Source: Geosiphon pyriformis uo1 (Eukaryota > Fungi > Glomeromycota). Taken from it: a DNA stretch of 64,000 nt. The translations under genes and the position numbers were made by a program. Position 1 is the first letter of the stretch, and each line of letters begins with the position of its first letter. The DNA lies in the NCBI GenBank assembly GCA_016748015.1, contig JAAOMT010000009.1, positions 142,459-206,458 on the forward strand, given 5' to 3'. Positions 23,006 through 37,715 of the stretch are shown here, one piece after another. The notes beneath the pieces are model-generated. The model saw nothing but the letters and a program-made list of their open reading frames with translations. It made no database searches and had not been told where the DNA came from.

Positions 23006-24533
23006 ATGTCACTTGAAAGCAAAATTTTCATTAATAACACTTTTAGAACATTTTTAACCTTAATATTTTTGTTAAATGCTGTTAAATTTGTCCTCGGAGA
23101 GCCAGCTGGTCTGCGACGTTCACATTGTTTAATAGCATACAAAAATGATTTATACATGTTTGGCGGCAATAATACCAATAATTCCAATAATATTAATACT
23201 ACCAATAATACCAATACTACCAATAATACCAATAATACCACTTATACTAATACTACCAATTTCACGGATTTCTTTTTCTCGGCCTCACTACCCTTCGAGT
23301 CTACAAATATACCGTGGCGAAATAAGAGCACAGAAAATGCTATCAGCGTTAGTGACGCTGCTTGCATTACAGTGCCAGAATCAGGCCATATGTTGGTAAT
23401 AGGAGGAAGAAATGACCTAAATAAAACTCTTGGCAATCCAGGGCTGCAAATCTATAATTTCGAGACTGGAGTTTGGAATGAACCAAATCTTGTAATTAAT
23501 ATTCCTGAAGAATTTCGATATCTTTATCGACCCAGAGCAACGCTTCTATCTTCAACTGTGGCATTAATTTATGGTGGAGCTGAATATTTCTCTAATAATG
23601 ATTCAGTACCTCTATGGACATTAAATATGACCAAGATACCATGGCAATTTAATCGTGCTAGTTATAACGTAAGAATTTAATTCATTAAAAGAAAAAACTT
23701 TGATTTCTACATGCTTATAATTGTTTTTTTGTACTCTTTTAGAAAACGATGAAAATTACCAGTAGTGCAGGAATAGTGAGCTCTAAAGGAATAGCTTGGA
23801 TTCTAGGTGGCATGTTAAATGCTCTTTCCCTTAATGTATCTTCTACAGATCAGGTTTCATTGTATACAGAAAAATATGGATTATTTCCAGTACCAACAAA
23901 AATTCCTGCTAAAATTGCTGATGCAGCTGTCGGTATACGAAATGACACACTTTTTGTAGTAATTCTTGAAGCTACAAAGGAAGATTCTGGCGATTTCTTA
24001 ACAGTATTTTCTTTGAATATGACTAACTTGAATGTAAAATATATCGAACCAGTTGACTTATTACCAAACATAATATTATCAAGAAGAGATCGTGCGGCAT
24101 TTGTCCAATTTCCTGGTTCTGATGCTCTATTGGTATGTATATCATAAATATGAATAAGTTACATATTTTTTCATTCACATTGAAAAGTATTAACCATTAT
24201 TATTTTTGTTAGATTGATGGTGGTATAGCTCCAAACTCGGATCAATGGAATAACACTCAGGATGTAACAATGATATTTAACATGACTACACAACGTTGGG
24301 TTAAACGCCTAAATATCGTGAACAATATTCCTGATGGAAATTATACTTTACCAAAAATGGATGGATATGATTTGAATCCTCCAGAACGTGAATCTAGTTT
24401 AAAGGAGACCTCTCCCTCATCAGATGTCCTTATCACGCAAAAAGTTGGAATTATATTGTGGGCGATTGGATTTTTATTGTTGTTAGTCATTGGCTTTATT
24501 GTAGTGAGATACCTAAGAAAAAACAAAACTTAA
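23006..24533 (+). CDS. Kelch/galactose-oxidase-type beta-propeller, type I membrane glycoprotein, 457 aa; exons 23006-23668, 23743-24132, 24213-24533
   Basis: Two phase-0 GT-AG introns join the three ORFs in frame. Signal-like N-terminus; Kelch GG motifs (LYMFGG, MLVIGG, ALIYGG, AWILGG, LLIDGG); C-terminal TM helix followed by a basic tail RYLRKNKT. Confidence 0.85.
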
Positions 24534-25489
24534 TTATTGAGTAGACGTGAAAAAAACACAAAATGAAACATGCTTTTATTTTCTTTCAAAATGACTCTGT
24601 CTTTCATGCATATAATTTGAAGACATTGACTTTGTATATTAAAATATTTGTGAATTTATAAGTATCTTTACATAATAATTTTTCCCAAACGAACAATTTT
24701 TATCTAATCTAATCTTCCCTTTATACTACTAGAAATATGAATTTGAAGTTTCTTCATTTTTTAATTTTAATAAATTCTTCGCTGTGATTATATTTTGAAG
24801 GGTTCCTTTTGAATAAAAAAAATTCCCAACAAGTTACAAAGTTTACAGGTATATTTTGGAATCAAAATAAGGAATTATCTGGAATTGCATGGACCAAATA
24901 AAGGATCTAGTGCCGTCAAGAGTAGAAATTGACAAATGTAAAATCATCAGAAAAAGTTCTTGTAAAGATTTTTTATTTACGCGTAAATATCTTATCTTGA
25001 AAACGAAAGAATTATTTAAAAATCGAATTAAACCAAAGACCTCGATTATATTTCTATCTGATTTATTTTCCTAAAACAAAACATGATTCAATGCTTAAAT
25101 TATACAAGTTTTTTCGAATAGTCTTCATAGTTTTAAATTTGTCATTAAAACTCATTGAAATTATTAAATAATTAAAATAACAAAATAAAACTTTTTTCAA
25201 TCAATTTTTAATAAATAAAAAAATGCTTAAAGCTTTCAAACCAATTCTATAAACATATTTGAAAAAAAAACGTTAATCAACAATCGTTCATAATAATTTA
25301 CATTTTTAAACAACAAATATTATAACAGTTCTACTGGTTAAATGGGCAATCATAAAAGTTTTGGTCACATTAACAAAAAATTTTTACTGTAGTTGTAAAA
25401 AGCTATTTAATTCAACATTTTCATAACAATATAACAGAACAATTTAATATTTCAAAGATTTACCTATTAGACATATTATAAATTCATGA

Positions 25490-26997
25490 CAGACTTAAAA
25501 ATAAAAACACAATACTCTCACTCTTGCTCAAAAAATTAACCATTTTCAAATCAAAGAAGCCAGCTCATCATTTTAACCAATTTGAGATAAGAGAATCAAC
25601 AATATGTGATATTTTAAAAAGAAAAATAAATTCTTAACAGAATTTAAATTCTTATACTCTTAATCTTAAAAAAAATACTCAAATTTTTGCACATTAAACA
25701 ATTATTAGTGTTATGACTTAACCAGATAAATAATATAAACTTTTTAATTTTCAAAAGATTCAAAATACTATAATATGGTTATCTGGTTTCAAAAAATACT
25801 ATAATATTAAAAAAATCAAAAAATATGAAAAAGCAAACAGTATTTTTTTAAATAATTTATTAATATTTTACTAAAATTTTTTATTAAAATAAATCTAAAT
25901 AATATTTATAATTATGGTAAACCACCTTTTTATTAAAATTTAAAACTTTCAGAATGTTTTATTGCTAACATAAAGAAATCAAAAAACAAATTTACAATTT
26001 TTGAGTTGTAATACTACAAGAACTTTAAAAATAACTTTTTTTATTTATATTGTTTAAAAACTTAATATTCAAATACAAAATTCCAAAAGTAACAATTTAT
26101 TTGCAATTATTTATTTAAAGTAAATTTTTTAATTTAGAGTATTAATACAAAAAATTACTTGTCATAATCAAAATTAATGTTTATGTAAATAAAACACTGG
26201 TAATTTTAAAAAAATTATGGATGTAATTATTTTACTATATAAACTTGGAGTTTTTCAAGTTTAATTTAATTTGTATAGATTTTATTATATCAATCAAAAT
26301 TATATTATTTGATAAAAAAACTATCAAAGTTATTAATAGTATAAAAAATCTTGAAAAATTAAAATAAATTGCAGTAAAACAGTAAAACAAATTTTAATTG
26401 TGTATATAAGTTTAAAAACTCATTTTCAAAATAGTTTTTTAAATCTGAAATTTTATTTTTTATATATATTTTCTATATCAAAATAACTTCTAATTTAAAT
26501 ACTTAAAGCAAAAACTAATATTAAACCAATTTCTTGTAACTTATTTTTTTTATGCTAATTTTAAACTTGTTTGAACTAAATAATAAATTTTTTTGTAATA
26601 ATTATTGTTTGCAAAAAAATTATTTTTTAAGTAAAACATACAGTATAAATAATAAAACAAATAAAAGTCAATATTAAAATTTATATATAAATAATATTTT
26701 ATTATGTATAAAATTTTTTTTATTTAATATGATAAAAAAATTATAAAACAAATACATTAAATTTATTTATGAATAAAAAAGAATAGAATTGAAACATTAA
26801 TTATAAAACTTTATTGTTTTTAATTTGCATATTAATAATTTCAAATATTTTATATAAATTTCAAATATTAACACTAATATTAGAATTTAATTTATCAATT
26901 TATTAATTTATCAATAATTAGATTTTAAAATATTACTAAAATAAAAAATTACAAATAATTTATGATTGTATTATTAGTAAATTGAGTTTTAACTGTA
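25490..26997 (+). mobile_element. Highly eroded pogo/Tigger-like transposon remnant
   Basis: CENP-B-like HTH remnants (TLTLAQKI..IRESTICDILK; WLSGFKKYYNIKKIK) and a possible terminus ...TTTAACTG|TA at about 26997. Confidence 0.5.
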
Positions 26998-27258
26998 TTA
27001 TATAAATTAGAATATATAAATATTTGGTTTATTTAATATACTTAAACAAATATATTTTAATTTAAAAGCAAATTAATTAATTTATTTGTTTTTATATATA
27101 GATTAAGCTATACAATAATATATAATATTAGTTATTACTAAACATAATTTATTATTTAATTAATGTTTCAAAAAACAACTTTATTCAACAAAACCTAAAA
27201 AAAATTCTTTAAAATTTATTTATATGTTTAATTACTTGTTAATTTTATCTTATCTTAG

Positions 27259-27281
27259 TATTATCATTATTATTATTATTA

Positions 27282-27313
<32 letters not shown>

Positions 27314-27316
27314 GTT
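27259..27316. repeat. (ATT)n microsatellite
   Basis: Read directly; it produces the spurious poly-Ile ORF 27224-27442. Confidence 0.85.
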
Positions 27317-30264
27317 AATTATAACTATATATTTTTTTATAATAAATATTGTTTTTTTTTTAAAAAAATACTACTATTTATAAACATATTGTTAATAATA
27401 GAATTTGGTAAAATATTAAAATTTTACTCAATCAATATTTAAATTTTATGCAGCTATTTAATAAAGCTAAAAAAAAATACTATATTATTATTAATATTTA
27501 AGTTATACTTATAACAATAAAAAGACTTTTTTTTTCGAGTTTTTTGTTAATCTATTTATATTAATTATAAATTTTGTTTGTATATGTTTTTATATTTTTT
27601 GGTCTTTGATAAAAAATTTTTTTTAAATTTTAAATGTGTTTATATTATTATCTTTTTAATTATCTTAGAATTAATTTTCTATTTTTGGGTTTTTTTCTCA
27701 TTTGGCTTATATTAAAGAGTAAAATAATAATAATATCAAATATTTATACAAGTTATAAAATAGTTTTTTTGTGAATTTTATTTACAAAATTATAAATTTA
27801 TTTGTATATTTATGTTTATATATGTTATATTAAATTATACTTTTTTGTAAAAGTCTAAACTATAAAAAAATTAAGTAATTAAGTATAAAACAGATACAGA
27901 CAAGCTTTTGAATATTATTATTACCAATTTTATTACAGCTATATATTAAAAATACTTTTAATTAATAATATAATAAGTTATAAATCAATTATATTATTTT
28001 ACTTTTAATATTTTTTTTATAAATTATATAAATATTTATTGCTAAAATAATTAATTATATACTAATTTGCTATTATAATATGTTTTTTATTCTTTGTTAA
28101 GTTAATTATTATTATTTTTTATTATAAATAAATTTTTTTTGTTTTGTTTTTAAATCCATAGTAATTATAATAGTTGTTAAGAACCAAATTTATAATTATT
28201 TTGTTGTTTTTTTTGCTTGAAATTTTGACATTAAGTATTAAATATTTGTTCTTAAAACTTTTATGATTATTGGCCAGACATGTGGTTATTTTGCTATTTA
28301 TTTTGCTATTTTTTCAGTTTTTATGTTTAAGACAAAATTGATCATAAAACAATTGTTCTTATAAATAAAATTTATACTTATAAAACAGCAAACTATTTTT
28401 GCAGAATTGTATTTGTTTGTTGTAATTGTTTTTATAAGTAAAACCAAAAATAATGTTAGGCAAGTTGTTTAAGCTTTTGTGTTTCAATTTTTTAACAAAT
28501 AACAAGCTTCTGGACTTAAATAGCCTTCTTTATGCACTTTTTTCATATAAGACTATATTATTACAATACATTTTTGTAATAAATTCTGAAAATATTTAAG
28601 ATCAGAATGTTTTTTTTTCTTGTTTAAAACATAATTTTCTAGTATTATGTTATATACAACTCTATAATAACAAGTGTAGCATAAAATTGATATTTCATAT
28701 ATATAACATATTTAAAATCTTAACCTCTTTTTATCTGGCATAGTCCAATCATTGCTTCATTATTATTTTTTGTTTTGCATTTGGATATACACAAATTTTC
28801 AAACTTCTTATCATTCTTTTCATCTTTTGTTTCTTCTGAGTATGCGAAAAAAAACTTGTCCCAATTTTGTGCTTTTTGTTGCCCATTTCTTCTTTACTGT
28901 TAACAACTGAGGTTTATGTTGATTGTGATGAAATCTTTAACCAGGTCATTGGCCATGAAATTGGATGATAAGTCATTTTATGTGTATACCATGATGGTTT
29001 TTGTGTTGTTGAGGCAGTGGTGACAAAATCAGTATCAGTGGGCAACCACAGCCTAAATACCAAAATAATAGGTGTAAGTCTTTACCTCCAAGCAATAAAG
29101 AGTAAAAAAAAGAAAAACATACCTCTTGGACCAAGCTGCGACATGATCATTCCAGTAGGGTCTTGCCTGCGACATCATCAAAAACGAGTTGAGATAAAAT
29201 CATAAAATACGTAATGGTGATCGGATTGTAAGCTCACGCAATTGTATATGTAACAATATTGATATTTAACAAAAATACTAATTAATCAATACAATTAAAA
29301 TATTAAAATTTAATATATTAAACAATACAATTAAAATGGCATTAAAATATTAAAACTAAATATTATAATTAATATTAGTATTATAAACTAGTACAGAATA
29401 ATCTCGGAAATTACCCAACGTGATAGACTTTGCCAATTTGCCTTCGACTTCTTCCAATATAACTTTTTTCTCCATTTTGCAAAACTTGTGGTTCTCTTCG
29501 ACGATGCGATCCCTGACGAACGTGAACTCTCACAATACATTTTTTCCGTCAACAAAGTCTTTATAGATTTTTATGTCTTTCCTAATCTATTAATGAATTA
29601 CACCTTACAGGCAATATTTGAATGCATAATAATAGAGTGTAATGATAATTAGAAATATTTGTTTGCTTGTTGAAAGATTAATATATCTTGAGAATCAAAA
29701 AAATGGATCTGATTACTGTCAAATTATTATTTGAATTTATTGAAATTGAATGACTTAAAAAATATATGATCAATAAAAATGTTATAATTATTTATAATTT
29801 AGGGAAATAAGTCGTTTAAAAAATGTGCAAAAAAAAAAGAAAAGAAACAAAAGGGACCAAAAAGTTTATTGAGAAGAAATTAAGAAAGAAAACAAATGAA
29901 CAAGAACATGTTAATGTAGATTTACGTTTTTGGAAGATGCATGCACAAATTTAGGTAAGTACATTTATGTATTTGTATAAGGTTACGATCTTAAAAAAAA
30001 AACCAATGATAGATTTTAAAAGAAATCAAGGTTCGTGAGTTTTGACAGTGATCATTTATAAAAAGGGTTTAGGATGTAATTATCAATCATCTGATTTTTG
30101 AATCCGAGCTGGAAATATTTAATGCAGCAGTCTATAACAAATTTAACTCATTTAAAAATCTGTCTCGGAGATATACTAGGAATATTATATATTTCTGTCG
30201 TATTATAAATTAATTAATTAAATTATTAAAACTAAATTTTCCAAATTTTAACTAATTTCTAATC

Positions 30265-33200
30265 TTATGCTGTCGCAGGCTTGACTATCCTAACAACTAA
30301 ATCACCTGTCGATAATGAATCATTTTTTTGCACTGCCACATACTCAACCTTACCTGAAACAGGTGATGTGAGTACAGTTTCCATTTTCATGGCTGAAAGA
30401 ACACATATTGGGTCACCGACTTTTACGTCTGTTCCCTCTAAATTAGAGGCAAGAGATAATAAAATTGATGAGAAAATTGAAAAGGTACTGGCTTTTTAAA
30501 GGAAATTTGTTCTAATAGGATATTTAAGAATATGATGAAAAAATAAGAACCTGTTGTTCTGACTTCAATCACAACACCAGACATAGGGGCTCCTATTTCA
30601 CCAGGGTTGCTTGGATTTGCTCTTTCACGTTGAACATGATCCACGGCTTGAAATATAAGAGTTAAATATTAAAAAAAATTCACCGGATTTAGTCGATTGA
30701 AACTTAAATTTCATTAAATTTACCAGCATTACGATCATCGATCGCTAGGGCTCGAGCCTCTCCATTTAACTCGAAAAAAACCTCTCTCTTGCCCGTTATG
30801 ACATTTAGAGGACCGGCAGCTAAGAACTTGATCATTAGGGTAACTCCTTCTTCAATCTGAATGCTGACTTCTTCGCCGATTTCAGGCTTCGCTAAAAAGT
30901 AACGTGTAGGAACCACGGAAAGATCACCATATTGATCAACTTTTTCTCGATATTCAGCGAAAACCTGCGGGTACATCGCGGCAGAGGATACATCAACATC
31001 ACGAATGCTACGTCCGTATTTTTGTGTTAATTCGACTTTAAGTTTAAACAGATCCAACGGTTTCATGGAGGCTCCAGGTCTTCCATCTATACGTGGAAGA
31101 TCACGAATAATCTATAAAAAAATTATGTATGATCATCTGCAAAAATATCTAAAAGGAACAAGATTATAACGAAATCTTGTTTCTCTGAACATCAGCTGTT
31201 AAAATAAATTGAAAATACATCAGATCGAAGTGGTTCTGGGAATCCTCCATAAGGCTGCCCTAGGTGCCCTTGAAAAAATTCTACCACTGATACAGGGAAC
31301 GATAACGTCTTTGCTTTTTGAATGACCTATTTGAAAATTTTGTTTTAATAAAATTTACATAAATGAGAGACAATCAACAAATAGTTTTGTACTTACATCA
31401 AAATATGTCAACTTATTTGATACCATAAATTGAGCAAGATCGCCAACAACTTTAGAGCTCGGCGTGACTTTTACAATATCTCCGCATAATTTATTGGCCT
31501 CTACATAAGCTCTCTTGATCTCTTTCCACATCTGTCCAAGGCCGAGTTGTTGCGCTTGAAACATGAGGTTGGTGTATTGACCCCCAGGCATTTCATGTTC
31601 ATAAACGGACGAGTCAGCAGCTAAAACGCCAGATTCAAAACAACTGTAAAGCATGCGAACTTGCTCCCAATATCCATTTAAGGCATGGACATCTTCCAAT
31701 CGGATGCCGGTTCCAAGATTCGTATTTTCAAGAGCAGAGACAACAGCACCCATCGATGGCTGGGATGTAATACCAGACATACCTTGATCGCAAAAAAATA
31801 ATAGTATCATAAGTATCGGTTTCTTATTTCTCCTCAATACATCACCCTTAGATAACAAATTTATAAACTTACTATCTATAGCCAAATCAATAATATCAGC
31901 ACCAGCAGCGGCAGCGGCGAGCATACTGGCTACACCCGTTCCGGCTGTATCATGGGTATGGACATGTATTGGTAAATCAGGCCAACGACTCCTAATGGCA
32001 CCAACAAGGATTTTCGCAGCCTCAGGTTTTAATAATCCAGCCATATCTTTGATTGCCAGGACGTGAATTCCTTCATTGATTAATTCTTGCGTCAAATTCA
32101 TATAATAGTCAAGGTTATGTTTCTTTTTATTAGGGTTGGATAGATCGCCTGTATAACATATAGCCGCCTCGACAACACCACCCGCTTTCTTGACAGCGTC
32201 AATCCCAAGACGCATGTTTTCTATATAATTGAGGGAATCAAATATACGAAAAATGTCCATTCCAGTGTCTTTAGCTTTTTTACAAAAATCATATATTATA
32301 TTATCTGGGTAGGATGTATAGCCGACAGCATTGGCACCTCTTAGCAACATTTGAAAGGGAATGTTTGGCACCAAAGCACGCATTTTTGCCTAAGTTTTAA
32401 ATTATTAATAAAGCTTGACAGTTAATGTTTTTGATTTGAACTTCCTTAAGGGCCTACCAAACGATCCCAAGGATCTTCATACAAAAATCGCATTGCAACA
32501 TCAAATGTTGCTCCACCCCAATTTTCTAAAGCATATGCATTTGCAAGCCCATGAGCAGTTTGTGGAGCGATATTTAAGAGATCTGGAGATTTCGATAATC
32601 ATTAGAATGGGGGGAAAATCAGAGATTGAAACTCACCATTTCTCATACCTATTGTTCTTACTCTAGTTGCCAATAAACTTTGATGTGCATCTCTCCAAGT
32701 GGTATCCATAATAAGGACGCCATTATATCGACGCACTGCTTTGGCAAAAGCTTCGGGACCTTGTTCAATTAGAAGATGCCGCCATCCATGAGTGGGAGGA
32801 TGCCGAATATCTACTGGTTCTGGCCCGGCCAATGAACGGATCATTGGTAGGAGAATGGATTGTTTAAAGTTTGGCTCACCCTGTCAAGAAAGTTTGTATA
32901 ACTGAAATTTAAGAAATCCGAGGACACCAAATTAAAGCAATTTGGTTGAATTACATCAACCCGCATCAAAGCTTTGACTCACAATCTGTCCTTTGATACT
33001 GCTACCATTGACTACTAAATCACCTAAATATTTGAGGATTTTTTGCGCTCGATTTTTACTCCCCACTAATTTAAACAAATCTGGCGTATCATCAATAAAC
33101 GTCGTCCATGTCCTTCCAGTCAAAAATATTTCATGTGTTAATAATCTCTGTAGAAAAGGTAAATTTGTTTTGACTCCACGAATTCTGAATTCTACTAATG

Positions 33201-34978
33201 CCCGAACCATTTTACGGCGTGCTACTTCAAAGCTGCTTCCTCGACAAGTAACTTTAACAAGTAGGGAATCATAATGAGGGGTAATTACAGAACCAGCGTA
33301 TCCAGAACTACCATCGAGGCGTACACCATTTCCACCAGAGGAGCGGTAGACTTCGATCTTGCCTGTGTCGGGTTGGAAATTTTGTGCAGGGTCTTCAGTA
33401 GTCACTCTACATTGAATTGCAGCACCTCTTATTTCAATTGTATCCTGTGAAAGATCAAGCTGGTGCAGAAGAGAGCCTGCTGCGATTTGGATTTGTGCTG
33501 CAACTATATCGATACCGGTAATTTCCTCTGAGAAAAGAAAATTGACAATAGTCAGTTTTGATTTTTTGAATTGCTATTTTAAAATTCAACAGAGTTTTTC
33601 ATTAACCTGTTATAGTATGCTCAACTTGAATTCGAGGATTTATTTCAATAAAATAATGTTTATCTTGTTGATCTACAAGAAATTCTGCTGTCCCCGCGTT
33701 GCGATAATTAACAGCTTTGGCAAGTTTGATGGCATCGGCTAGGATAGCATCTCGAATAGAAGTCTGAGATGTGTATTTTTATATAAGTCCGAATAAGTCT
33801 ATGATATTTATTCAATAATTTAACAATTGACAAGATTACCTCAAGCTCCATAGCTGGCGCTACCTCTACTACTTTCTGATGTCTCCTTTGAACAGAGCAA
33901 TCACGCTCGAACAAATGTATCACATTACCCGCATTATCTGCCAACAGCTGAACCTCAATATGACGCGGTTTGTCCAAAAATCGTTCAATAAATACAGACC
34001 CATCGCCAAATGCGGCGAGAGCTTCTGACTTGGAACGTTCGAAAGAATCAGCAAGCGAAGTTTGATCACGAACCACACGCATGCCACGCCCGCCTCCACC
34101 CATCGCGGCCTTGATAATGACAGGGAGCCCGTGTTTAGCTATAAATGCTTCAGCCTCAGCGATGGTAGATACGGGTCCAGGGGTACCGGGCACTACAGGT
34201 ACTCCGCATTCAATTGCTTTGGATACAATTGAACTTTTATTTAGTAATTTATCACTGGAAATAATCGTATATAAAGTATAGCTATAATTTCTATTTGATA
34301 GAATAATCCCGAGAGAAATAATTAATGAGGGTCATTTGGTCAGTGCAATTATGACGGCAATTCTATTGCAGGGATCATACCATGGGTTCAGCAGTTTTTC
34401 TGTCCCGTAATATTTAGAACTCGAAAGGTAGGATAATAATTTATTGAAATAAACTTACCAATTTCTCTGGCTTTTGTTTTATCCCCCATTTTTTCAATAA
34501 CTTCAGGGGTAGGACCAACGAAAGCTATCCCAGCGGCCTCTACTTTTCGAGCGAACTCAGCATTCTCACTAAGAAATCCATACCCGGGGTGAATCATGGA
34601 AACACCGCGAAGTCTTGCGACACGAATAATTTCGTCTTGATCAAGATATGCACCAACCGGAGTATGTTTTCCGTGTTCACCTATTTGATAGGCTTCGTCA
34701 GCTTTGTAACGGTGCATTGATAATCGGTCTTCGAAACTGAAAACGGCAACTGTCTTCATCGAAAGTTCATGCGCTGTACGAAACACGCGAATTGCTATTT
34801 CCTGTTGACGCGAGCCATGCGAACTGTTATTAATTTCCCAAGTTTTTCTCAAATAACCTTTTAAAAGAAAATTCCCTCTATATCTTACCCCACGATTAGC
34901 CACCATTAGTTTTTGCAGGTGCCCTAATACTTGGCTATTTCGGCGAATAGTGTCAACCGAATGCTCATGATCCGTCAT
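30265..34978 (-). CDS. PYC: Pyruvate carboxylase, 13 exons and 12 GT-AG introns
   Basis: Biotin carboxylase motifs ([39 protein letters not shown]), carboxyltransferase motifs ([29 protein letters not shown]) and biotin carrier SAMKME. Every junction I traced restores the frame; stop at 30265-30267. Confidence 0.97.
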
Positions 34979-35331
34979 ATTCGATTATAAACGTTAGGTG
35001 AGGGTAAGAAGAAGGTTTATGCAAGATAGTCTTTTTTGAAGATGCTTTATAAATTTTTAGTAGGGAAATATGATGAGATCTTGATAATAAATTATCAGAT
35101 TATCGGATATTGATCCTAAAGGCCATAACAGATTGCCCACATGACCCATTTTCTCCAAGATTACCATAATATTATGTTTCGTGTCATACAGCTCCTGCTT
35201 AATGAGTGGCAAACATTTAAAGCTTATAAGATTAGATTATTCTTTTCTTTTATTTAAACCTTTTTGCAAAAGAAAGTTTTGATATTCTATGTGATCAAAT
35301 TAAATTCAGCACCCTGTTTTGAATTGATTGT

Positions 35332-37571
35332 TCAAGTGATTGGGTCAAATTTTCTATCAATAAACGAGGTTATCTGAGGGTTCTGTTTTTTTTCTGTGCT
35401 AATACGCAAGCGTGGCCAATCATCAGGAGCCTTCTGAACACCTAGATTTTTATCAAGTATTTTATTGATCTCCCACATCAAAATGCTGCCTGCAGATGAG
35501 ATGTCCATAATACCATCAACTTCAGTTGTTGAGATCCCAACTTTCATTGCTTGCAATGCAAATTCTGGAATATGAGCAATTCTGCGACTCAAATAGAGAG
35601 CGATGCGTGAGGGAAGGGCACCAGTATACTCTTTACGAAAGGAAGAAGTCCAAAAAAGCAAATTAGTGCCCTTTATGATGGATGTTGATTTATTTTTTAT
35701 TTCTGGTGGAATGACCCCAGCAGTAAGAAGAGATAATTCGTTTTGTTCTAAAAAGGTCAAAAGATCTTCATGATTTCCGTATACACATGGCCATGTAAGC
35801 GAATGGAACCCAGAAGAGCGCATTACAAAATCATTATAAATATCGTTCGTTCTAGGTCCCATAAAGGACCCCTGCCATCCAAAAGCTTTTGCACTACGAA
35901 TCAACATGCCAAAATCTATGGCCTCGTTTGCACTGTCCAGTACCAGCAACCTATTAATCTCGTTTTTTTCAGGCATTTGAATAACAGGAAATGGAACCTC
36001 CGCAAAGATCTCATGACGATCAGGTTTAGCGGCGCTTCCTAAAATCTTGCGTGCCATATCAATACTTGCTATGTAATAATTTTCCGCCTTAATGAGTTGT
36101 GGATTTTCAATATAATCTAAAGCTGGAGATTGAATTTCGTATTTCGACTTGGGTTTATCAGGAGCGTGAATAATCAGACTTTTGATTGGAAAATTTTTCA
36201 AAGCTAAATCTCGCACATTTACTTCGTTTTGGACAATAACCAATTTTTGCTGATGCCGATAGGCTTTATCTTCAACAAGTTTTTCAAGGTGCATTATGAT
36301 AGGATCTGTTATTCCATGAATGCGTGTCAACATTTTGGGCCACTCATGCTTGTATTGAAATTTTTCTCTATAAGCTTCTCTTTCTGCTGCCTCACGAACT
36401 TTAGCCATTTGTTCTTCATGAGTTAGTGGCCTTCGTATGGGAAAGGTACGACGGGAGCTTTGGTCAGTTCTGTCATGTCGAGGAAAGCTATGTCTAAAAG
36501 AAGGAGAATGAGAGTTATAGGTTTCTTGTGGTTTTTTCTGCTTGATAAAAAGATGAGTTTCATCATATCGTTTGTCCACACGCTCCTTTCGATCATCTCC
36601 AGCAAGTGTCGGAATCATAGAGTTTGTTAAAGATAATTGCCTAGATCGAGAGTTGTACTTGTTATGGTTATGTTGCTTGTAATACATATCATATTTTGGC
36701 TTACTGCCTCTAGCTCCCAAATAATTGACGATATGCTCCCCTTCAACCTTAGGATAAGCGCTTTCGGATACTGGACGATAAGCATTGATAAAAGAGTTAT
36801 TAAATTGATTTGTTTTGGGCCGAGTATTTCGAGAATCAGGATAAACTCCTTTCGGGTCTGTATTGTATTTCAGTACATTATTGGTATGAGGTTTTTGATC
36901 ATATTCTTTATGAGAAGAGTTAAGGTGTCGACCTTGGGGACGCTGGTATTCTGGATCGGGAGGATTAAAATATAGGGGTTTTGTGGCTGAAATAATAGAA
37001 GACAAGTGTGGCTACACGTTAACAAAAAAAATATATAGGTTTTATATCATTTCATTGACTTGAGAATTAAAACCTTGAAATCGATATTCTCCCCAACCCT
37101 ACCTCTAAATTTAAGGCCATTACTAACAAAGTTTTCTTCAGACAAGGTGTCAAACTTTTCAGAGCTAAACTCCATATTATTCCAAGATGCCACTTTTTGA
37201 GGGATTCCATTGTTAAAACTTTTGAGCCGTGGTTGAAGATTCAAATTTCTATAATGGAAGTTTCTCTGTGGGTCACTTCTATATTGACTTCTCTGCTCAC
37301 GATAGTTCTCTTCGCTTTTAAAAAAAATTGGAGTATTTTCTCGATAATTACGCTCTCGTGCATGGTTGGCAGGTGAATCTCTAAACGATCCTCTTTCAAC
37401 GTTATCTTGACTTGAATTTTTGGCCTGTAATTTTCCCCCACTTCTACGCTCGGGAACATAGAAGACTCTTTCCTCAAAATGCTTATGGTTTCCTATATGA
37501 AAGAATCTCAGAAATATATGTTTCTTGTAGGTTTTCACTTCGAAAGGTATTTGTGCTTGCCTTCGTAGCAT
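35332..37571 (-). CDS. SpoU/TrmH (SPOUT) RNA methyltransferase-fold protein, MRM3/RNMTL1-like, probably mitochondrial, 725 aa; exons 37571-37074 and 37011-35332
   Basis: A phase-0 62-nt GT-AG intron joins the two ORFs. Arg-rich presequence-like N-terminus. LLVLDSANEAIDFGMLIRSAKAFGW, DIYNDFVMRSS and IMDISSAGSILMWE resemble SpoU motifs. Confidence 0.75.
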
Positions 37572-37715
37572 TTAGTTCTAAATTTTTATATTAGTCATAA
37601 TAAAAATTACTAAAATAATTATCAGAAACTTTAAGTTTATTTGACTAGTTTATTTTTGTATGAATTCAAATTATCCTAATTAAAAAGATATGTTTATTCT
37701 AAGAATGAATCTAGT

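Noticed and set aside
2351-24533. RiPP (dikaritin-type) biosynthetic cluster around the KEP-like genes
   Set aside because: No DUF3328/UstYa oxidase, tyrosinase, methyltransferase or transporter is visible nearby, and the modules are much longer than typical RiPP cores.
27224-27442. Poly-Ile hydrophobic ORF
   Set aside because: Translation of an (ATT)n microsatellite.
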